IMG/VR virus record: IMGVR_UViG_3300033075_001228
DNA length: 64,000 nt
Direction: 5' to 3' (one strand)
From: a virus
Taxonomy: Duplodnaviria > Caudoviricetes
The position numbers and the translations under genes are program-made. Numbering within the stretch: position 1 is the first letter of the stretch; each line of letters starts with the position of its first letter. Below, piece by piece: positions 58,230-64,000 of the stretch. Below the pieces are notes generated by a model. That model saw only the letters and a program-made list of their open reading frames with translations, searched no databases and was not told where the DNA came from.

Positions 58230-58475
58230 GTGAGTAGCTTTTTGCTTAAGCAGTACGTAAGGTTGCTTTTGCGTGAGCTGGATGGATCATTGTTAAAGCT
58301 GCCCGAAACAGCGATGGCTCGCGTTCCAAACCAGCTCATTGAGCCTCACGATCAGGAAAACGAAAACGAAGAAATAACTGAGTTTTCAGGCGCCAGTGCG
58401 GTGCCTGGTTACGTTGGTCCGTTGGGCATGGATCCCGACAAGCTAAACCGACGTAAAAATGCACGGAAAAAGTAA
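58230..58475 (+). CDS. Small protein with LLKQYVRLLLRE motif
   Basis: GTG 58230 just after ATATTTA (58219). Confidence 0.55.
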   Translation: MSSFLLKQYVRLLLRELDGSLLKLPETAMARVPNQLIEPHDQENENEEITEFSGASAVPGYVGPLGMDPDKLNRRKNARKK

Positions 58476-58545
58476 ACAAAACGTTCATAACATCGTATGA
58501 TCTAGACGCCCAGTAATGGGGTTTAGACACAAAGGAAAGAGGAAA

Positions 58546-59442
58546 ATGGCAATTGATCTAGAGGCGATTCGTAGGCGCGTAGCTGAGCTTAGCGGAAACA
58601 AGAAGAACTCGTCTATCCAAATGTGGAAGCCGGGCATCGGGGAATATAAGGTTAGGGGGCTCCCTTGGAAGAACCCCACGGAAGGGCTGCCGTTCATTGA
58701 GCGGTGGTTTTACTACTTTGTCAATCCTGGCATCCTGACACCAAAGCAGTTTGGTAAGCCCGATCCGATTGATGACCTCATCAGAAAGCTGTTCAGCTCA
58801 GGCAAACCTGACGACAGAATCGTGGCGAAGAAGATGCTTCCTAAGATGCGTGCATACATGCCCGTAATCGTCAGGGGCGAGGAAAGCAAAGGAGTCCAGG
58901 TTTGGTCGTTCGGCAAGCCGATCTATCAGCGACTTCTTGGGTTTTTTAACGAGGAAGACGTAGGAGACATTCTCGATCCGAACGAGGGCTTTGACCTTAA
59001 GGTCACCATCTCCCACACGCAAGGAAAGATGTTTAACGGCAAGCCTTCGTTGGACACGACTGTCGACGTTAGGAGACCGAGCAAGCTGTCTGACGATCCT
59101 GCCTTGTCAAAGCAGTGGTTGGACTCTGTTCCAAACCTTGATGACATGTATAAGCTCAAGTCGACCCAGGAGATCGAAGCGATCTTGAACAGCTGGCTGA
59201 ACGGCGGAGATGCATCGAGCAGCGACGGTACCTCACGTGACGACGGCTCATCAAGCGATGAGCTTGACAAGATCGCAAATGAGCTGAAGACGTCGCCTTC
59301 TGTTCCTGTGGCGGCGGCTGAGCCAAAGGCCAAGGCCAAGGCCAAGAAATCAGCCCCAACGCCTTCTGTTGATGATGAGCCCGCAGCGGCTAAGAAGTCA
59401 ATCGAAGATGCATTTGCAGAGCTGATGGAAGAAGACGATTGA
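58546..59442 (+). CDS. Single-stranded DNA-binding protein (gp32-like)
   Basis: YKVRGLP, VQVWSFGK, DILDPNEGFDLKV, acidic tail IEDAFAELMEEDD. Confidence 0.85.
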   Translation: MAIDLEAIRRRVAELSGNKKNSSIQMWKPGIGEYKVRGLPWKNPTEGLPFIERWFYYFVNPGILTPKQFGKPDPIDDLIRKLFSSGKPDDRIVAKKMLPKMRAYMPVIVRGEESKGVQVWSFGKPIYQRLLGFFNEEDVGDILDPNEGFDLKVTISHTQGKMFNGKPSLDTTVDVRRPSKLSDDPALSKQWLDSVPNLDDMYKLKSTQEIEAILNSWLNGGDASSSDGTSRDDGSSSDELDKIANELKTSPSVPVAAAEPKAKAKAKKSAPTPSVDDEPAAAKKSIEDAFAELMEEDD

Positions 59443-59564
59443 GCAAAGGCTAATCAACCTGCAGCTGTAACAGATAAGCAATGATCTGGCGCACATGATA
59501 GCCGGCAGCGGCACGTGCACCAGATCATTGTTTCACATTATGAACGGTAACACAAGGGGAAAGA

Positions 59565-60782
59565 ATGGCTAAAGCAAAGAAAGCGTCCAACGAAGCACAC
59601 GAAAAAAGCGCTAACGATGAGATTGATGACATCACAAAGCAGCTGATCTCCGACCTCAACAAGGAGTTTGGCATGCGAGTGGCGTATAACCTAGCCGAGG
59701 TCGAGGCGCCGACTGTTGTCAAACGTTGGCTCGATACCGGATCAATCCAGCTGAACTATGCCATTCGTAACGCATCTGGCGGCGGGTATCCGGAGGGAAG
59801 GATCATTGAGATCGCTGGTCCTCCGTCGATCGGAAAGTCACACCTTGCATACCACGCTGCAGCGTGTGCACAGGCGTTAGGCGGCATTGTCATCTACATT
59901 GACACTGAAAATGCTACGCCTCTCCTTAAGCTAAAGGAGATGGGGATCAACATCAAAAAGGGCTTTGTCTACATGGATGTTCATGCGACAGAGCATGTGT
60001 TCAAGGCGATCGAAGACACAATCTTGAAGGCAAAGTCGCTTGTGAAGGACGTACCTGTTCTTGTCATCTGGGACTCAGTCGCAGCCACGTCGCCGTTGGC
60101 AGAGCTAAACGGTGAGTATGAAGACACGACTGTTGGCCTACAGGCCCGCGTCATCAGCAAAGGCATGCGAAAGATCACTGGTGTAATTGGGCAGAACAAC
60201 GTAACGTTGCTTTGCCTAAACCAGCTGCGTGATGCCATTGGTGTCCAACACGGAGACCCACAGGTGACGCCCGGAGGCAAGGCGATTCCGTTTCATGCCT
60301 CTGTGCGCGTTAGGCTAAGCAGCGGCACGCAGGTCAAGGATTCGAAGGGAAACATCATCGGCATCCACGTCATCATGACGTTGAAGAAGAACAAGCTCGC
60401 TCCTCCGTTTCGCAAGTATGAGTTTGACATCATCTTCGGAAAAGGCATCGTTGAACACGAGTACATCTTCGATGAGGTTCGTGCATACTGCAGCACAAAC
60501 AAGGTCTTTGCTGACTATGAACACCCAAAGGATGGAAAAAAGAGGGTAGAAATCAACATCAGCGGAACGTCATCATGGAGGCTTTTCACTGTCACTGATG
60601 AGCAGACTGGCGAGGTGTTGATCGAAAAGAAGTTCTACAAGAGCGACTTTGACAAGATCATGTCAGATCCTCTTTACAAGCCTTTCATCGACAAGGCGAT
60701 CGAGGACACGTATGTGATCACTTCTGGCAAAGAGGCGGCTGATCATTCTTCATCCGAAGACGAGGTTTTTAGCGATGAGTGA
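59565..60782 (+). CDS. recA: RecA/UvsX recombinase
   Basis: [57 protein letters not shown]. Confidence 0.95.
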   Translation: MAKAKKASNEAHEKSANDEIDDITKQLISDLNKEFGMRVAYNLAEVEAPTVVKRWLDTGSIQLNYAIRNASGGGYPEGRIIEIAGPPSIGKSHLAYHAAACAQALGGIVIYIDTENATPLLKLKEMGINIKKGFVYMDVHATEHVFKAIEDTILKAKSLVKDVPVLVIWDSVAATSPLAELNGEYEDTTVGLQARVISKGMRKITGVIGQNNVTLLCLNQLRDAIGVQHGDPQVTPGGKAIPFHASVRVRLSSGTQVKDSKGNIIGIHVIMTLKKNKLAPPFRKYEFDIIFGKGIVEHEYIFDEVRAYCSTNKVFADYEHPKDGKKRVEINISGTSSWRLFTVTDEQTGEVLIEKKFYKSDFDKIMSDPLYKPFIDKAIEDTYVITSGKEAADHSSSEDEVFSDE

Positions 60783-61215
60783 CATTGTCGTAAAGCTTAA
60801 AAGGAAGAACCTTGAGACGAACGTGCCTGCTTATAAGACTGCAGGCTCCGCAGGATGTGACGTCACTGCGACAGGATTTGTTGAGCTGGGACCAGGAGAG
60901 TCAGCCATGGTACCTACGGGCCTTTTTCTGGAGGTACCTGAAGGGTACGAATGCCAGGTTAGGCCTCGTTCTGGCCTTGCGAAAGACCACGGGGTGACTG
61001 TCCTAAATTCACCTGGAACTATCGACTCTGACTATAGGGGAGAGGTTCAGGTTTTGCTTCACAACACTAGCCGCGTAAAATACACTGTTGAACCAGGCGT
61101 AAGGATAGCCCAGTTGGTGTTTGCGCCCGTGGCTCGTGCCACATTTCAAGAACACGAAGAGCTGTCTAGCACCGCTCGTTCTGTCGGCGGCTTTGGATCA
61201 ACTGGAATGAAGTGA
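60775..61215 (+). CDS. dut: Trimeric dUTPase
   Basis: [34 protein letters not shown]. Confidence 0.97.
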   Translation: MSDIVVKLKRKNLETNVPAYKTAGSAGCDVTATGFVELGPGESAMVPTGLFLEVPEGYECQVRPRSGLAKDHGVTVLNSPGTIDSDYRGEVQVLLHNTSRVKYTVEPGVRIAQLVFAPVARATFQEHEELSSTARSVGGFGSTGMK

Positions 61216-61272
61216 TCGCTTCTGCCGTTGATCTTTGGGGTGACCCGGCATAGTATGTTAGGCACAAGTGCT

Positions 61273-62253
61273 ATGACAGAGGAAGAAATCCAACGACCTG
61301 TTCTCATTGTTGACGGTATGAACCTCTTCGTGCGTTCTTGGGCTGCGTACCCAACGATGTCATCCCACGGCTACCAGATGGGTGGCTGCATAGGCTTCCT
61401 AAAGACGCTGCGTCGTATCGTGTCTGAGGTTCAACCTAGCGTTGTGTATGTAGCGTGGGAAGGCGGAGGCTCACAGAGACGTCGTAAGCTGTACCCAATG
61501 TACAAGCTGAACAGGCGCCCCGAAAAGCTAAACAGGTTTTACGAGGGTGACATACCAGACACAGATGAGAACAGGCAACACCAGCTGATCACATTGCTAG
61601 GGATGCTAAAATGCATCCCTGTTTGCCAGCTATACGTTTCTGACTGTGAAGGCGATGACATCATTGCGTATCTTTGTTCATCGCCTTTGCGGAAAAAGGA
61701 AAAGATCATCGTTTCCTCCGACAAAGACCTCTATCAGCTCCTTAGCAAGGACACCAAGATCTATAGCTTGCATAAAAAAACGTTTGTAGAGGCACCTGAT
61801 GTTCTGGTGGAGTTTAGGGTTCAGGCGCATAACTTTGCCCTAGCAAAGGCGTTGTGCGGCGATCCGTCTGACAACGTTCCTGGCATCAAAGGCATTGGGT
61901 TCAAGACTGTATCTAAGATGTATCCGTTTCTTGGCACTGAGCAGGAAGCGTTGTTGCAGGATGTGATCAGCTATGCCGCAGCTCACATTGATGAGAGCGT
62001 AATTCATCGCCGTGTTGTCCAGCAGCAAGAAGACATCAAACGAAACTGGCATTTGGTTTTTCTTGACGGAAGCATGTTGTCTGCAACGCAAGCCGCCTCT
62101 GTTGAACATGTCATGAGTACATTCAAGCCTCGTTCTGATAGAATGGGGCTAATGAAGCTGTTGTTGAAAGATGGGATCAGCGATTTTGACGTAGAAAACT
62201 TTTTCTACTCATTCAACTGCATCAACAACATTGAGCATAAAACTGGTTCTTGA
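61273..62253 (+). CDS. 5'-3' exonuclease (FEN/T4 RNase H-like)
   Basis: LIVDGMN, YKLNR, EGDDIIA, SSDKDLYQL, GDPSDNVPGIKGIG. Start uncertain (61228-61273). Confidence 0.92.
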   Translation: MTEEEIQRPVLIVDGMNLFVRSWAAYPTMSSHGYQMGGCIGFLKTLRRIVSEVQPSVVYVAWEGGGSQRRRKLYPMYKLNRRPEKLNRFYEGDIPDTDENRQHQLITLLGMLKCIPVCQLYVSDCEGDDIIAYLCSSPLRKKEKIIVSSDKDLYQLLSKDTKIYSLHKKTFVEAPDVLVEFRVQAHNFALAKALCGDPSDNVPGIKGIGFKTVSKMYPFLGTEQEALLQDVISYAAAHIDESVIHRRVVQQQEDIKRNWHLVFLDGSMLSATQAASVEHVMSTFKPRSDRMGLMKLLLKDGISDFDVENFFYSFNCINNIEHKTGS

Positions 62254-62317
62254 TTTTGAGCACGTCATGCTTTGACGTCTGTCATGGGCTTTGTCCACCA
62301 AACGACCTGAGGAATAA

Positions 62318-63760
62318 GTGAGTAACCAATCAACAACGTTTAACGAATACGGAAAAGCCTTTCAGGAAAAGGTCATGCAGGCGCTGCTCGTCGACAAGCA
62401 GTTTGCTGAGCAGATGCTTGAGGTGTTTAACGTTGACTACTTTGACCTGAAATACCTTAGCTTCTTGTCAGATCGGTATTTTAGCTTTGCGAGGAAATAC
62501 AAGGTGTTTCCTACGTTGCAGATGCTCGTCACAATCATCCGTGACGAGCTAAAGGTTGCGACTGACGTCGCGCTGCGTGATCAGATCATCAGCTACCTGC
62601 AAAGGATGCGATCAAACCCAGATCCAGGCGACCTCCAGTATGTGAAGGAAAAGTCGCTTGATTTTTGTCGTAAGCAGGCGTTGAGGTCTGCGATTGAGGG
62701 TGCCATCGATGACATTGAGGCAGAGAAATACGACCAGATCGTAGAAAAGATCAAGAGCGCCATCTGCGTCGGAACAACCCCGGCTCTTGGACACGATTTC
62801 TTTGTTGACTATGACAGCAGGTTTACGTTGATGCAGCGAAACTGCGTCGCCACTGGCGTTGATGAGCTAGATCGTAAAGACATCCTCAACGGTGGCCTAG
62901 GATCAGGCGAGATCGGCGTAATCGTTGCTCCGACTGGCGTCGGTAAGAGCCACATGCTTACGTTTCTAGGCGCAAATGCGTTAAGGGCTAACGTTGACGT
63001 GTTGCACTATACGTTTGAGCTTTCTGAAGAAGCAGTCGGTCGTCGTTACGATTCTAACCTTTGTGACATTGATTCTAACGACGTCATTGACAACAAGGAA
63101 GCAATCATTGAAAAGTACAAGTCGATGAAGCTGGGGAGGCTTAGGATCAAGTACCTGCCGCCAAACACAGCGACCATCTACACGTTGAGAAGCCACATTG
63201 AACGCCTTGATCTTAAAGGATTTCATCCTGGGTTGATTGTCATTGACTACGCTGACATCATGCGTTCAACGCGTCAGTATGACTCGTTGAGGCACGAGTT
63301 AAAGCTGATTTATGAAGAGCTTAGGGGATACGCTGGCGAAAAGAAGGTCCCAATCTGGACAGCCTCGCAGTCCAACAAGGAAGGTTCCCAGACTGAGATC
63401 GTGGACCTGAGCAACATGAGCGAGGCGTATGGAAAAGCGATGGTTGCAGACGTTGTCATAGGCATCTCTAGGCGGTCGCACGAAAAAGCTGATGGCCATG
63501 GTCGTTTGTTCATTGCTAAAAACAGGGCTGGCCGCGACGGCATCGTGTATCCAGTGAAGATCGATACGTCTCGCAGCGTGTTTGAGATCTCAGGTCGCGC
63601 CAGCAACCCAGAAGAAACGATCAAGGAAAATGAAAGTGACTTTAAACGTGCGATCCGTGACAAGTGGAAGGAAGTTCAGAACGACACCGTTCTTCAACGA
63701 CGAAATCCACCTACGATTGATGGCGAAGATGTTTCAGACGTGACCAAAAAGAGCGAATAG
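62318..63760 (+). CDS. dnaB: Replicative DNA helicase (DnaB/gp41-like)
   Basis: APTGVGKS, YTFELSE, VIDYAD, WTASQSN, AKNRAG. Confidence 0.93.
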   Translation: MSNQSTTFNEYGKAFQEKVMQALLVDKQFAEQMLEVFNVDYFDLKYLSFLSDRYFSFARKYKVFPTLQMLVTIIRDELKVATDVALRDQIISYLQRMRSNPDPGDLQYVKEKSLDFCRKQALRSAIEGAIDDIEAEKYDQIVEKIKSAICVGTTPALGHDFFVDYDSRFTLMQRNCVATGVDELDRKDILNGGLGSGEIGVIVAPTGVGKSHMLTFLGANALRANVDVLHYTFELSEEAVGRRYDSNLCDIDSNDVIDNKEAIIEKYKSMKLGRLRIKYLPPNTATIYTLRSHIERLDLKGFHPGLIVIDYADIMRSTRQYDSLRHELKLIYEELRGYAGEKKVPIWTASQSNKEGSQTEIVDLSNMSEAYGKAMVADVVIGISRRSHEKADGHGRLFIAKNRAGRDGIVYPVKIDTSRSVFEISGRASNPEETIKENESDFKRAIRDKWKEVQNDTVLQRRNPPTIDGEDVSDVTKKSE

Positions 63761-63829
63761 GTATGGGAACCATGAGGGCTGGTCTAAGTTCACCTGACCA
63801 GCCTTGGGTTGTTTACGCCTCGGGAGACA

Positions 63830-64000
63830 ATGTTGATGAAGACGTTTAAGTACCGTGAAGTCCGTGAAGCATCGCTTAAGTACTTCAATGGTGATGAGTT
63901 GGCAGCGGATGTTTTTGCGGGAAAGTACGCCCTTCGTGACCTAAAAGGCAACATCTATGAGCTGACTCCATCTGACATGCATCGTCGCTTAGCGCGTGAG
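63830..64000 (+). CDS. nrdJ: Ribonucleotide reductase, probably class II (B12-dependent), 3'-truncated
   Basis: YFNGDELAADVFAGKYALRD...YELTPSDMHRRLARE matches, from memory, the N-terminus of NrdJ-type RNRs; RBS GGGAG. Confidence 0.75.
   Translation, partial: MLMKTFKYREVREASLKYFNGDELAADVFAGKYALRDLKGNIYELTPSDMHRRLARE

Noticed and set aside
1-64000. Alternative genetic code (stop-codon reassignment seen in some jumbo phages)
   Set aside because: Genes are intact and densely packed under code 11, and TAA, TAG and TGA all end conserved genes.

Overview
The window is a 64 kb stretch of a large T4-like (contractile-tailed) jumbo bacteriophage genome, coded almost entirely on the + strand in the standard genetic code. 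1-12.7 kb is the head module: a 5'-truncated portal gene with three inteins, prohead protease, scaffold and major capsid protein. 12.8-20.4 kb holds two free-standing nucleases, small accessory genes, a phage tmRNA (tag ANDNGIVSLAHAA), a SAM methyltransferase, an SGNH lipoprotein and an M15 endolysin. 20.4-26.4 kb is an AT-richer fibre/adhesin-like block. 26.5-56.3 kb covers neck, tail terminator, two tandem sheath paralogues, tail tube, tail chaperone, tape measure and baseplate genes, with further homing-endonuclease-like genes among them. 56.4-64 kb is a replication module: minimal PolA, HD protein, gp32-like SSB, RecA/UvsX, dUTPase, 5'-3' exonuclease, DnaB helicase and the start of a class II RNR. 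Most notable observations: (i) about 10 unrelated small proteins share an N-terminal MKLTxxQLRxLIxE peptide that looks like a head-packaging signal; (ii) an atypical Pro1/Cys-F4/Trp-Asn intein; (iii) a GIY-YIG gene ending in an in-frame duplicate of the sheath 3' end; (iv) paired nuclease-GNAT-like fusions flanking the tail tube gene; (v) a probable +1 recoding site in the tail chaperone; (vi) a strand-specific ATAnTTA late-promoter motif. All calls come from reading motifs by eye; no database searches were run.
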